From Eledone cirrhosa (Eukaryota): 64,000 bases of DNA. The notes beneath the pieces were generated by a model. The model worked only from the letters and a program-made list of their open reading frames with translations, made no database searches and was not told the origin of the DNA. The position numbers and the translations under genes were made by a program. The DNA is taken from the NCBI GenBank assembly GCA_964016885.1, contig OZ024744.1:67952001-68016000 (forward strand), written 5' to 3'. Position 1 is the stretch's first letter. Each line of letters opens with the position of its first letter. Below, one piece after another: positions 41,390 to 54,484 of the stretch.

Positions 41390-41678
41390 CGTGGGGGATC
41401 GAGTCTTCTGTATTACTGCCAGAGGTCACGGTCGTGTGTCATCACCTTTGAGAGGTGTAATTGGGTAAGGTCGGCTTTTATCACCTCATCCCAGCTTTTC
41501 TTGGGTCTCCCCACTCTACAGCTTCCATCAACTTCTAGTGCTCTGCACGTTTTTATGCAGCTGTCATCCTTCATATGCATCACATGTCCATACCAACGCA
41601 ACCTCCTCTCCTGCACACAGCATTTGATTCCTCTTATGCTCAGTCTCTCTCTCAATTCGTTTATTCTTTGCCGTTTGA
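41390..41678 (-). mobile_element. RTE-clade LINE 3' fragment
   Basis: ERRLRWYGHVMHMKDDSC...GRPKKSW. Confidence 0.85.
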
Positions 41679-41703
41679 ATATGTATGTATGCATGCATGT
41701 ATG

Positions 41704-41734
<31 letters not shown>

Positions 41735-44039
41735 GTATGTCTGTATGCATGTATGTATGCTTATATACATCTTTTTTTTTGTGAAGCGAGATATATTTGA
41801 TGCCTTCTCAATAACCAACCAGCTTTTCCACAGTTTTAACAGTTTCAGTGTCAATAGCTCTCCAACTTACAGTTTATGGATACAATACTCTTTCCTTACT
41901 GTTTTCAGTTAAAGATCTATTTTTTTTAAATGTAATATTTATTTTTCATTCCAGATCTTAAATTAATATGATTTAAGATCTACATTAGATAGGGTTGCTT
42001 TTACTAATATAATATTACTTTTAGTTCTCCAATTTTGGAGGCAAAATAATGCATCTTTGTACATATGCATGTATGTATATTTCTTTCTACTATTTATCCT
42101 AACTTTGGTATACATATCTTGTGTTTCTCCCTTTTTCTTTCCTCAGATTTCATCTGGTTTTTTTTTTCGGTTTTTTTAATTCATCGCATTAAGACGGAGT
42201 TGTTTTATATACAAAATATTAAAATTTAAACATGAAAAACTGTAAAGAAGTAAATAATAAATATTAGAAAACAAATTTGCATATTTTAACTGTTCCGCTT
42301 ACAGATAAAATATATAAATTTTAGAGAAGAATTTGTATATTTTAACTGTTCCGCTTACAGGTGGGATGTGCAGAACTGGTTAGATGTTATCTTTCTGTGT
42401 CCAAAAGGTATAATTTAAAAAAATAACATCTTAACCATTAATGAGCATAAACAGGTTCAACAATAATTTCAGGTACAAATGAAAAGAAGGGTAAAGAAAT
42501 TGTAAATTTACAAACAATTATTGTTGGTCTACCAGTTATTGGTGAAACATTGATGTCACGATTAATATGTGTTTCTGACTGGTAAAACATGTGTGTGTGC
42601 ATGTATGTATGTATGTATATGTGTGTGTGTATGTATGTATGTGTAGTGGATAAATGTATTCCTTTCTGGATGAATAAGAAGAATAATGCCAGAATTGAGA
42701 TGTTGACGATGTTTATTTTACAATAACAATATTCACTTGTTGGTACATCGAATATCAAGTAATAAAATTGTGACAGCAATTATCACTACATTATTTGCTG
42801 ACTAGCTACTTCGAGCTAGCATGTATGCATGTATCAATACAACGATATAATAGAAATGAAATAACAGGAAGCCGAAAGAATAGATAAAGCATAGAAGTAA
42901 ACAGTATAATGGCCTACTGTGTGTGTGTGTGTCTTTCCTTAGTATTCGTTATTCCTAGTAGTAGTGGTATGAATGTGAGAGCTTAGTAAACAAACTGGTT
43001 TTCGTGAAGAGAAATTTCACAGTGTTAGCAGAACTTTCTTCTCTTGTCTGTGTTATCACTATGTCTGCTACATCGTTAGCCTTCACGGACTGCTGCTTCA
43101 TGGTCTCTCTGGTGGATTCCCTAAGTACTTGTATTTATAATAACCCTATAGATAGAAGGATGTGTATATGGGTTGATTTATGAGTAGCCATGTGTGTTTC
43201 ATCTGTCATGAATCTGGAGTCACAGGTCAAGTCATATGTACGTTTATCATGCTTGTCTCTTGACAGGACAATGGTGGTAACTCACAACAATAGGTGGTAA
43301 CTTCCCACAATAGGTGGTTATAGAGGCGAGAAACCTCAGATTCGGTTTCGAATCTTTGCCAGGTAAAACATAGGAGTATTCCGTTACATATGTATGTATG
43401 AGGCTGGGAGATCCATAGTTGTCATCAATGTGCAAAGGAGTGAAATTCTCTAGCAGGTTTGAAAAGCCATATCCGAGCGTTACACATGAATTAGACAAAT
43501 GATAGCAATACTCTTAGCATGAATTTGCAGCCATCATGTATGAATGCATTTTTTTTTTTTTGTGTGTGGAGGGGTTGAGCAAGAGATCCCCTAGTCTTCA
43601 TTAAGTCATCTCTCTAGGAGAAGGTCACTCTGATATAAAACCTGCGGCTTCATTTGCATCCAATTATGTAGACCAGTTCTACTTTTTGGTTAATGCATTC
43701 GATGTTCAGAGAGTGGGATGGCCCCGCACAAAGCTTCAAGAACAGGCATTTTTTGATATGACATTTTTTTGCAATGCATGGTATTGCGTGATCACTGGAG
43801 CGGAGTTGGCTGCCCACAGGTGTGAACCCTGTGATGAGGAGTGGCTGTTCCAGCACATCACCTTCATCATCCTCTGGGACAATGTATCCTCCATCCTGTC
43901 ATCTGGAACCAAGAGGAAGAGGATCAGTTAGTTTAAAGTGGAGGATATTTGCTCAATGGTAATTTTCATAATTAAAATAAAAAGCAGTTAAGACAAATAA
44001 CTCGAACGGGCTAATGGTATGAAATTGGATAATTAAGTT

Positions 44040-44084
<45 letters not shown>

Positions 44085-44434
44085 GAATACATGCACGTGT
44101 GAGTGTGTGTGTTTTGTGTTTTTGTATGTTGTGTGAGTATGTGAGTGTGCATGTGTGTCTGTTTGTGTATGCATGTATCATACCTGATACAAAACTCCTG
44201 GAGAAGATTTGACCACATGATCCATATGGTAGCTGCCATATACTTTATCCTCAGTGTCATTTTCTTTTCTTTTTATAATTCACAAAAAAAAAAAAATGTT
44301 TACCAATATATTTTTTTTAATTGTTCATGGTAATTTTTTTACTATCATTTGCTATTGGTGTAACAAAAAAGTATATATATATATAAGTATATATATGTAT
44401 ATATTTACATATATATATAAGTATATATATATAT

Positions 44435-44880
44435 ATAATATAAGATCAAAAGATGGTTAAAAGAGTTCCAAGTATTTTATTATGCGCATTTCAAAAACAA
44501 ATATCATCATGGGATGATATCTGTGTTTTCATCAGATAAAATAGGGATACATGATATGAAGCTTAAAAAACACTTGTGAATAGTGAAGTTTTAAATCAAC
44601 ATATGAAAAATAATTTAAGATTGATGTATGAGATTGGGAAAAAGTGAGGGGGGGTGGAAAAGGTAAGGAAGAGGAGGAGATGAGAGTAAAGAATGGGTGA
44701 TGAAAACGCAGATATTATCCCATGATGATATTTGTTTTTGAAATGCGCATAATAAAATACTTGGAACTCTTTTAACCATCTTTTGATCTTATATTATTTA
44801 TACTCCAGTCCTACAAACTGTAGAGTGCTACTTATCCGATATTTGCATTGCTTTATTGTGCTACAATAAAAACTCACCTC
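44435..44880 (+). mobile_element. Fold-back element, 100-bp arms (44435-44534 / 44698-44797) plus tail
   Basis: Near-perfect inverted arms. Degenerate hammerhead-like ATGATGA t..t GAAAT gcgc ATA at 44722-44751. TA flanks. Confidence 0.75.
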
Positions 44881-44955
44881 CTACATATATATATGTATAT
44901 ATATATATATGTATATATTTACATATATATATAAGTATATATATATGTATATATT

Positions 44956-45018
<63 letters not shown>

Positions 45019-45348
45019 TCACCAACCTTTTCTCTGTCAACTACAAGGTATTTTTTTCAGCTTATTCATTCTATATAATTTTTCCCTCCACATATTACCA
45101 TATTACAATTTACTAAACATTATTTTGAAAATCATTTCACTAGACTGTATTCAATTCATTCATTTTCTTCCCATCCCTCCACCACCATCCCATGTTCACT
45201 ACTGATTACTTCATACTTTATAATTTACAAAACTTGTTCTCTAAATTTCTCTCATTCAATTCATTACATACATCACCTTCATTTAATATTTTAACGTTTT
45301 ATCAAGTATTTCATTCTAAGAGGTGCTGCAATTGTCATGTGTAGAACC

Positions 45349-45403
<55 letters not shown>

Positions 45404-45409
<6 letters not shown>

Positions 45410-45990
45410 AAGAGTGATGATTAACATGGTCGGCTGTACAAAAAGGGTTTTATTTACAGTATTAACAATTGTTTCATTGGTCAGGTAAGTCTAAAGGCCA
45501 CTGATCACTCAACTTTAAATACAGTGTGGCGTCTCTGATCAAATCATCGGAATACTGGAGGGTGTAACACATGGCACTGGAGAATCAAGTGAATGAAAAC
45601 AATAATGCCAATAATAAAAGATAATAAACAGTAATAAAAGTATAAAGAAGTAAAAATTAAAATGATAAAGATGCAAAATAAGTAAAAAATAATTACAAAA
45701 TACGGTTACACCCTTCAGTATTCCGATGATTTGATCAGAGGCGCACACTGTATTTAAGGTCGAGTGACGCAACTTCGAGTGATCAGTGGTCTTTAGACTC
45801 ACCTGATCAATGAAACAATTGTTAATACTGTAAATAAAACCCTTTTTGTACAACCGACCATGTTATTCTTCACTCTTTCACTATTATTACTCCAAGTATA
45901 ACCTACATAGGAATTCTTGCAAACTCGCTACCTAACTATGGAAACCTCTTGTTGAGCCAAACAACGCCGTCTGATAACTTGTTATCTTAT
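45404..45990 (+). mobile_element. Fold-back hammerhead element, arms 45404-45568 / 45705-45883 plus ~100-nt tail
   Basis: Inverted arms each carrying the hammerhead fold. (TA)n on both sides. Confidence 0.8.
45716..45830 (+). ncRNA. Type I hammerhead fold with CCGAUGA core variant (mirror copy at 45457-45557, minus strand)
   Basis: cagtatt CCGATGA t ttgatcag...ctgatcaa t GAAAC aatt GTT aatactg. Perfect 7-bp stem I, 8-bp base of stem II, palindromic loop III. Confidence 0.75.
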
Positions 45991-46168
45991 GTATGTATAT
46001 ATATATATATATATATATATGCATACATAAATATATATATATATATGCATAGATACATATATATATATACATACATATATACATATATATATATGCATAG
46101 ATACATATATACATACATATATATACATATATACATATATACATATATATATATACATACATATATAC

Positions 46169-46217
<49 letters not shown>

Positions 46218-47203
46218 CATCACATTTACTAAACTTTTATCAATTTATAATCAACTCATTCAATAGACGCAACTTCACAAAAATACTGTACATCATTTTT
46301 AAACACATTCATGACACATCACGAAAACGGCTTACTAAATATTTTGCTTCAGTTAGTTCATTCTTGCACCTCATCATTCCACATAAACATTATTTTCATC
46401 TGTGTACACAGCATGGCTGAATGGCTAAGAAACTCAATCAATTTGCATTCATTAGGTCCTGGTTTCAATCCCACTGTGTAGCATTTTGAACAAATGTCAT
46501 TTACTATAGACTCATGCTGTGGCTTGAACATAAACACTTTTTCACGTTGCTCCAGTATACTCAGCTAAAAATGAGTGCCAGCAATAGCTGGGGTTCAACC
46601 CTGGGATGGACTGCTGTTCTGTCCAGAAGGGAGTCATGAACTCTCAGTCACTTCACACCATGAAACCGGGAGATGCACCGGCTCAACGCACTGCTTGCAT
46701 GCCCTCATGCCCTGCCATGTGGCCCATGCCATGTGAGTGGAATTGGCTAGACAGAAACTGTTTGTAAGCCTGTCAGATGGACTGTACCTGTAATTCAAAA
46801 GGGGCAGCCTTGTTTCACACTATGTCATGGTGAATCTCCTTGAGAGTTATATTAAGAAGGAAGGTGTCTTTGCAATGGTCAGTCACTTACATGTTAACAA
46901 CATGAACAAAAAGTTCCATTGATCGAACAACTGGAACACTCATCGTGGAAACCGATGGAGATCCATTCCATATTTTCATCAAAATAACCATAACTCCTTT
47001 CTTTTATATATTATTAATTTATCCTTTTTTGTTGTTTTTTCTTGTAAAGAGAATTAAAAAGGAATGAATCTATTGTTTCATAAGGAACAGTTATACATCT
47101 TGAAGTAAATTATAGATTTTATAGATACATATACACATGTGTGTATGTTTCTCTGTATGTGTATGTGTGTGTTTTTTTAATTATATATATAGACACATAT
47201 ATA

Positions 47204-47440
47204 TAGAAGTAGTTCCACAACAGTTAGTTCACCATTGCCAAGAACAATTGTTTCACCTTATTTGGATCATCAGCTCAGTCTAAAAAAAAAGAAAAAACAA
47301 CCAAGCTGATGATCTGAATAATGTGAAACAATTGTTCTCTATAATGGTGAACCATCTGTTATGGGACAACTTCTACCAAACTCGTCCATGGACTGAGTGC
47401 TCTAATACTACGGATCTAACTAACCAGTGTTCTACTATTA
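47204..47440 (+). mobile_element. Fold-back hammerhead element, arms 47204-47274 / 47304-47375 plus tail
   Basis: ag CTGATGA tctgaataatgt GAAAC aatt GTT ct at 47304-47338, with a mirror copy. GAGTGCT in the tail. Confidence 0.7.
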
Positions 47441-47758
47441 TATATATTGAGAGATATATTTGTTTTGCAAGGCTTTTGATATAAGATCGTGTGTTGAAAC
47501 AAATATTGTTATATTTGGGGAGAGTCATATTGTTTGGTTTGGGTTGGTTTTCACTTCTGTATATTTTATATTTCTATAGATAATTTAGCTGACAATCAAT
47601 GTTTATCATTGATTGACCAACAGTTAAAAATATAGATTATAAATATATATATATATATATGAATGAAGTAATTCCGTCGGAAAGGTACAGGAAAAAAGAG
47701 TGCTCTATGTAGGTTACAGAGCTTATTAGTTATGTAATAAACAACATAAGATAATTAT

Positions 47759-47820
47759 TTCATTTACCAGTGGTTTCTTGAAAGCAGATATTTATATCTG
47801 TTTTCAGTCATCAGAATGAA
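47759..47820 (-). ncRNA. Type I hammerhead ribozyme, intact core
   Basis: Minus strand reads ttcatt CTGATGA ctgaaaacagatat-aa-atatctgctttcaa GAA ACC act GGT A aatgaa. 6-bp stem I, long stem II, GUA triplet. Confidence 0.85.
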
Positions 47821-48054
47821 TAAAAAAACATGGTGTTTTTATTAAATATGGATTCCATATTTAATAAAAACACCATGTGGTTGAAATTAGGAAGGGCCTC
47901 TAACTGAAACCAAGCAAAAATCAGTTCTGTATGAGCAAGACATGGTCATCTGACCTGGCATCTCACAACAGGGCAACCCATCTGGAAATGAGTTAAATAG
48001 GGAATAACGTTAAACATTGATGATGATGATGATGATATATATATATATATATAT

Positions 48055-48680
48055 ATATCACGATAAATTAACGGGGGCGTAGGCCGTCGTTATTCCCTGT
48101 AAATAATGTGCTCAAAGGAGAAGAGATCCTGAGCCCTTTAAAATATAATATGTTGAGAAGGTGACACACCAGAGAGAGATATATAGTGCGTTATCAATAA
48201 TACAGGGAAAAAACCACCAGTGTATGGAATCTATAACCTATGAAAAGCAGACTATAGACACGATAATTAAAAATATAAATTAAAGCGTAAATAAATACCT
48301 TTATAACTATATAACACACGTTCAAATCCAAAGATATGTTTCACCAAAAAATTTGTTGAAAGAAATGGTCTAGTCTCGGTTCATCAGCGTGTGTAAGGCC
48401 ATACATTTCAGACAACACTAAGAGAATTTTACAATTGACTGTCCAGCTACACGTGGGAGAGAGAAGTCACAGCGTGCTTAAGGGCAGTGAACCAGTGGCC
48501 TCTGAGAGACGAACTGCTAGAAAGGGCAGCCCAAAGCCACTCAGAGAAGTGTGCTCAACCAAACAGAGATAGGAAAGACTGTTATTAGGAGCGAAATATC
48601 ACGATAAATTAACGGAGGCATAGGCCGTCGTTATTCCCTGTAAATAATGAGCTCAAAGGAGAAGAGATCCTGAGCCCTTT

Positions 48681-48688
<8 letters not shown>
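48055..48688 (-). mobile_element. Partial-tandem (541-bp period) hammerhead element, retrozyme/pLTR-like
   Basis: 93-bp direct repeat at 48055-48147 and 48596-48688. Hammerhead fold inside. (TA)n on both sides. Confidence 0.75.
48314..48394 (-). ncRNA. Type I hammerhead fold, probably inactive (U16.1 to A)
   Basis: Minus strand reads acacacg CTGATGA accga...ttggt GAA ACAtATC tttg GATtTG A A cgtgtgt. 7-bp stem I. Confidence 0.75.
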
Positions 48689-48743
<55 letters not shown>

Positions 48744-49821
48744 AGAAACGAAAGGAAAGAGTAATGAACATATAATGTGGAAGTTGAGAGTATCTGTATG
48801 AATAGTTTCCCTTATTTCTGTATTACCAGCTCTAATACACAACAACAATCCAACTATTTCACTCCAGTTTTGATCTGCTCATCTGGTGAGTAGATTTCAA
48901 TCAAAATATTTCCAGAATATTTAAATTCAAATCTATATGTTTGATGAGCAGATTGATTCTGGAGTTAGTTCTATCACATCAGTTAAGACCTAGAGTCGAT
49001 CATCTGTGAAACATGAGTTACGTTTGATAGTGAATAGAAATATTGTAAAATGAAACTTTGTTCGCATAATTAATCTAAACACTCTGACTACAAATATATA
49101 ATATATTGATACTATACAAAGTAAATACTTTTTATTGGAATCATCCTGTTTAAGTACTATTATTGAGTGGTGGTGGATTGGCAGTATCGGTAGTGCGTTG
49201 GACACCATGTTTTGCAGCATAGAGTTACGGCCCTTTATGTTCTGAGTTCCAATCCCGCCGAGGTTAGCTTTGCCTTTCATCCTTACGGGGTCGATAAAAT
49301 AAAGTACCAGTAATACACTGGAGGTAATTGCTGGCCTTGTGCCAAAAGTAGAAACAATTATTGAGTGGCAGCATTGGTACCATCTACAGTAATTGATAAA
49401 CATTATGATTGGTAGTATTGGTAGAGCGTCGGACACCCTACTTAGTGGCAGAGAGTTATGTCCCTTTATGTTCTGAGTTCAAATCCTGCTGAGATTAGCT
49501 TTGCATTTCATCCATGAAAGGCAAAGTTAACTTTGGCCCAAACTTATAGAAGTCATGTGTGAGAAAATCACAGGCTTGCACCATATCACCTGAAAGCAAA
49601 GTTTGATATGTCTTTAAAATATGTCACCATATCACCTGAAAGCAATGTTTGATATGTCTTTAAAATATGTCAATCAACTTTTGATTTTAAACATATATAT
49701 TCATATATGTGTGTGTGTGTGTGTGTGTGTATCCCAGGTTCAATCAGGGGTAATGATTTCCTTCGAATGAAACAGTTCTAGTCCTGTAGAAAACATTTCT
49801 ATACTAAATAATATAGATATA

Positions 49822-50415
49822 TATATTCATATAAATATGAAAATTCAATGCTAGAACAACCATAGAAATAGCCAAATACAGCCAAAGACAATGGTAGGCA
49901 AAAATACCTCAGGACAGAGACCAGCAGCATGTGGTTGTCAGAGAGTCAACCCACGAGGTGGACAATAGGCAGATGGAACACAGAAGAGATTGAGAGAGAG
50001 AGGAGCTGGGCAAGGAAAAGTGTATAGGTGCACAGAAATACCTGGAAGAAGGCAATAAAGAAAGGCCATGTACAAAACAAGTTAACACACACATCGTCTC
50101 CCTCATCAGCAAAATAGTTTCGCCGATTTAATTGAGAGGACCATTTTCAAAAAGCTAGACATTGCAACAGAAAAATAATAAATTCTTCTGTTGGGATGAT
50201 ATGTGTGTGTGTGACAAAACAAACAGAACAGACAGACAGGTAGTTAGCAAAAGTTGTCTTAACTAAACCAAGCTGTTGAAAGAAAGGAAAATAGCAGTCT
50301 GTGGAAGTGGCTGTTTTAAAAGTTATGCTATTCTAGCATTGAATTTTCACATTTTTATATGAATTTTAATATATTCTTGCCTCGTTTCGACAAGCGACAT
50401 CAATGTTTATTCATA
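49822..50415. mobile_element. (TA)n-flanked element with a short inverted end; 3' ~290 bp repeated at 50985-51275
   Basis: attcatataaatatgaaaattcaatgctagaa is the inverse of ttctagcattgaattttcacatttttatatgaat. Direct homology with 50985-51275. Confidence 0.6.
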
Positions 50416-50640
50416 TATGTATATATATCATCAGCATCATCATCATTCTAACATCCACTTTTCCTGCAAGCAAGGATTGAACGGATCTACATAGACCAAG
50501 TCAGTACTGAAGCAGAGCGACTGATCTCCCAGACAAGTCATCGATCTATGTTTTGCTTTTGTATGGTCTCATGTTCCACTGAGTTCACAGGAGAGGTTGT
50601 CATGTCTTTGACACAACTGAGAGTTCTACCAACCCTTTGC

Positions 50641-50782
<142 letters not shown>

Positions 50783-51309
50783 GCAGGAAGTTGTAGTTTG
50801 CTTCAAGCATTGTGTATGGTATATAAAATATGAATGCAAAATGAATGAACGAGAAAATAAGACAAAGCAAGATGTTATGTGATACTTTATTTATTTATCT
50901 GTCCTGATATTTTGAGATAAAATCTTTTCTTCAGAGGGAAATAGCAAGGGACAAGTCCGGGTTCAGTGAACACATTATACCGTCCTAGTTGAGAGGAGCA
51001 TTTTCAAAAAGCTAGACCGTGCAACAGAAAAATAATAAATTCTTCTGTTAAGATGATGTGTGTGTGTGTAACAAAACAAACAGAACAGACAGATAAATAG
51101 ACCATAGTGTGAAGCAAAAGATGTCTTAACTTATCTAAGTTGCTGAAAGAAAGGAAAATAGCAGTTTGTGGAAGTGCTGTTTTAAAAGCTATTCTAGCAC
51201 TGAATTGTCACATTTTTATATGAATTTTGATATACTCTTGCCTTGTCTCAACAAGAGACATCAATGTTTATTCACATATATATATATATATATATATAAG
51301 GCAGGTAAA

Positions 51310-51595
51310 ATTCCCAAGATCCATGGACGTGTTCTCTCCAGCGGCCTCTGTCCCTCATCATAGCTGCCATGTCCTGCATCTCCAAGAGACCTTTGTCTGT
51401 CCTTAGGGCATCCACATATGTTAACCTCGGTCTCCCTCTTCTAGTGTGTCCGTGTAGGGGATCCCACAGGAGCACTGAGTGCAGTGTCAACTCTGAATGT
51501 CAGTGAGCATGTCCAGCTAACCTCGGTCTCCTCTGTGTTACTTTCAAGCTGACTTTTGGGAGGCTCCTGTACAGCTCTGAGTTCTTCATCCTCAG
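51310..51595 (-). mobile_element. RTE-like LINE 3' fragment (third family)
   Basis: LLWDPLHGHTRRGRPRLTYVD...MRDRGRWR. Confidence 0.7.
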
Positions 51596-51713
51596 TGTGT
51601 TGTAAGCCTTGTGGGATAGGAAATACACATTTAAATAACTTTAAAAGCCCTGTAATAGGAGTTATAGAGGAAAGAATGGGGATGATAGAATTTTACCTTA
51701 GCAAATTTAATTA

Positions 51714-51753
51714 TCTCAAATATTTTCAGGTTTAAAAACCCATTATCAAGAGA
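51714..51753 (-). ncRNA. Minimal hammerhead with U3-A8 core variant (UUGAUAA)
   Basis: Minus strand reads tctc TTGATAA t gggtt ttta aacct GAAA ata TTT gaga. Homologues at 34949-34988(-) and 35640-35679(+). Stem I covaries (tccc/ggga vs tctc/gaga). Confidence 0.65.
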
Positions 51754-51941
51754 AAATCAAGGTGTAGGTCTTCAAAGAGCAATCAGAGAAGAGTTGTTGT
51801 TTGGCTGGCAGATTTAATTTAAAAAATATATATATCATCATTATATTCATCATCATCACCATTTAACGTCCATTTTGCGCACACAGGACTGGTTTGGGCT
51901 TGATTTCTATTGCTGGATGCCCTTCCTAACACCAACCTCAT

Positions 51942-53058
51942 TTACAGTATATACTGGGTGCTTTTTGTCATGACACCTACATGACTACTTTACAGTGTGG
52001 ACTGGGTACTTTTTGTCATGACACCTACATGACTACTTTACAGTGTGGACTGGGTGCTTTTTGTCATGACACCTACATGACTACTTTACAGTGTGGACTG
52101 GGTACTTTTTGTCATGACACCTACATGACTACTTTACAGTGTGGACTGGGTGCTTTTTGTCATGACACCTACATGACTACTTTACAGTGTGGACTGGGTG
52201 CTTTTTGTCATGACACCTACATGACTACTTTACAGTGTGGACTGGGTACTTTTCGTCAGGACACCTACATGACTACTTTACAGTGTGGACTGGGTGCTTT
52301 TTGTCAGGACAACTACATGACTACTTTACAGTGTGGACTGGGTGCTTTTTGTCATGACACCTACATGACTACTTTACAGTGTATACTGGAGGCTTTTTGT
52401 CATGACACCTACATGACTACTTTGCAGTGTATACTGGAGGCTTTTTGTCATGACACCTACATGACTACTTTACAGTGTATACTGGAGGCTTTTTGTCATG
52501 ACACCTACATGACTACTTTACAGTGTGGACTGGGTGCTTTTTGTCAGGACACCTACATGACCACTTTACAGTGTATACTGGGTGCTTTTTGTCATGACAC
52601 CTACATGACTACTTTACAGTGTGGACTGGGTACTTTTTGTCATGACACCTACATGACTACTTTACAGTGTGGACTGGGTGTTTTTTGTCATGACACCTAC
52701 ATGACTACTTTACAGTGTGGACTGGGTACTTTTCGTCAGGACACCTACATGACTACTTTACAGTGTGGACTGGGTGCTTTTTGTCAGGACAACTACATGA
52801 CTACTTTACAGTGTGGACTGGGTGCTTTTTGTCATGACACCTACATGACTACTTTACAGTGTGGACTGGGTACTTTTTGTCATGACACCTACATGACCAC
52901 TTTACAGTGTATACTGGGTGCTTTTTGTCATGACACCTACATGACTACTTTACAGTGTGGACTGGGTGCTTTTTGTCAGGTCAACTACATGACTACTTTA
53001 CAGTGTGGGCTGGGCATTTTTTGTCATGACACCTACACACCCACTCTACAGTGTGGGC
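51942..53058. repeat. 42-bp minisatellite, ~26 units, amplified from an internal segment of SINE family B
   Basis: Unit tttacagtgtggactgggtgctttttgtcatgacacctacatgactac. Preceded by the SINE sequence ctggatgcccttcctaacaccaacctca. Confidence 0.95.
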
Positions 53059-53994
53059 TATATCATCATCATCATCATTGTTTAACGTCCATTTTCCATG
53101 CTAGCATGGGTTAGACAGGTGTCCCATGTGAGGCATGCTGGGTCAGGTGACCATGTCTTGCTCATATATGACTGTTTCTGGCTAGATTTCTACAGCTGGA
53201 TGCTCTTCCTAATGCCAACCACATTTACAGTGTGTGCTGGGTGCTTTTTGTTGTGACTCCTACACGACCACTTTACAGTGTGCGCTGGGTGCTTTTCACC
53301 ATAATTCCTGCACAACCACTTTACATTGTGGACTGGATATGTTTTGACACAATGTAAGGGTGGTATGGACACGAGTGGGTGGGTGGCAGTATAGTGGTTA
53401 AGACGTATCTATTGGATGTATGTTTGAGTCTGTGCACATGGGAAGACATGTCTTCTGTATTACTGCATAATGTCTCTTTGGTACAATCATTTTTTTTTTC
53501 TCTTCTAAGTTTCCTAATGATTTTCATTATAAAAGTATATATTTTCAAAACCCAAACTATCAACTTCTATTTTGCACCAAATATACATAACTAAAATGTC
53601 AGGCACGAACAGATTGCAACTGCACAATATGGAGAATGCTAAAACCTGTATGTTGCAGTCATACATTTCCTATATATGACACATACCTTCTCAAAAAAGA
53701 ACTGACAAAGGTTTCACAACCACAACAATAACAACAACAACAACAACAATAACAACATTTATCCTAAAATATATCAGATAAAAATGAATTAACAAACCAT
53801 AGAAAAAAAAAAAAATATGGCAAACTAAATGACAATATTGCAGACAATAATTTTTCAAAATTTGATAATAGAAAAACTACAAAATTAATAAATCAGCCTC
53901 TTCCCACAATCCTTTTCCCTAAATATCAACTAAAATATTAATTTAAAAAGAATTTTTTTGTGTTTTTATTATTTTGCTTTTGTTTTTTTTACAG

Positions 53995-54078
53995 TCGACT
54001 GCTCTTGATAAAGGATCAAAGTTCTTCCGGGGCCGCGGAGCCTTTACTGTCCACCCTAAACAGGATGAAGTCTTTTAG
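53995..54078 (+). CDS. DCLK: DCLK terminal coding exon (STALDKGSKFFRGRGAFTVHPKQDEVF*)
   Basis: Long pyrimidine tract plus acag acceptor. TALDK matches vertebrate DCLK1/2 TALDKE. In-frame TAG at 54076-54078. Confidence 0.9.
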   Translation, partial: STALDKGSKFFRGRGAFTVHPKQDEVF

Positions 54079-54484
54079 TTCCACTGATGTTTTATTATTA
54101 TACATCTATGTTTTTTTGTTTTTTTTTTCAACTATCTAATTTTATTACATCTACAACAACAAGAAATAACAACTAAAAACTATTTAAAAAAATACAAAAA
54201 AAAGATAAAATAAAACAATTGCAACAATAACAACAACAATAACAACAATAGAAACAGCAACAATAACATCCACATCAATAACAACAATAGCGACAACAAT
54301 AGCGACAACAATAGTAACAACAACAACAACAACAACAGTAGTAAAAGCAACAGCAGCAGCTGTAACCTTAATAATAAGAACTATATAGAAAAAACAATAA
54401 CACCAATGACAACAACAGTATCAATATATATAAATATATACATACATATATATATATGTGTGTGTGGGTATATATATTTATATG

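Noticed and set aside
50100-50325. Hammerhead in the 49822-50415 element
   Set aside because: CTGATGA and GAAAC occur on the minus strand but could not be folded with supporting stems. The plus-strand candidate lacks a recognisable core.
51981-53114. 377-aa repetitive Cys/His ORF, or a CRISPR-like array
   Set aside because: Head-to-tail 42-bp units with no unique spacers, derived from a SINE, intronic, with no splice or cas context.
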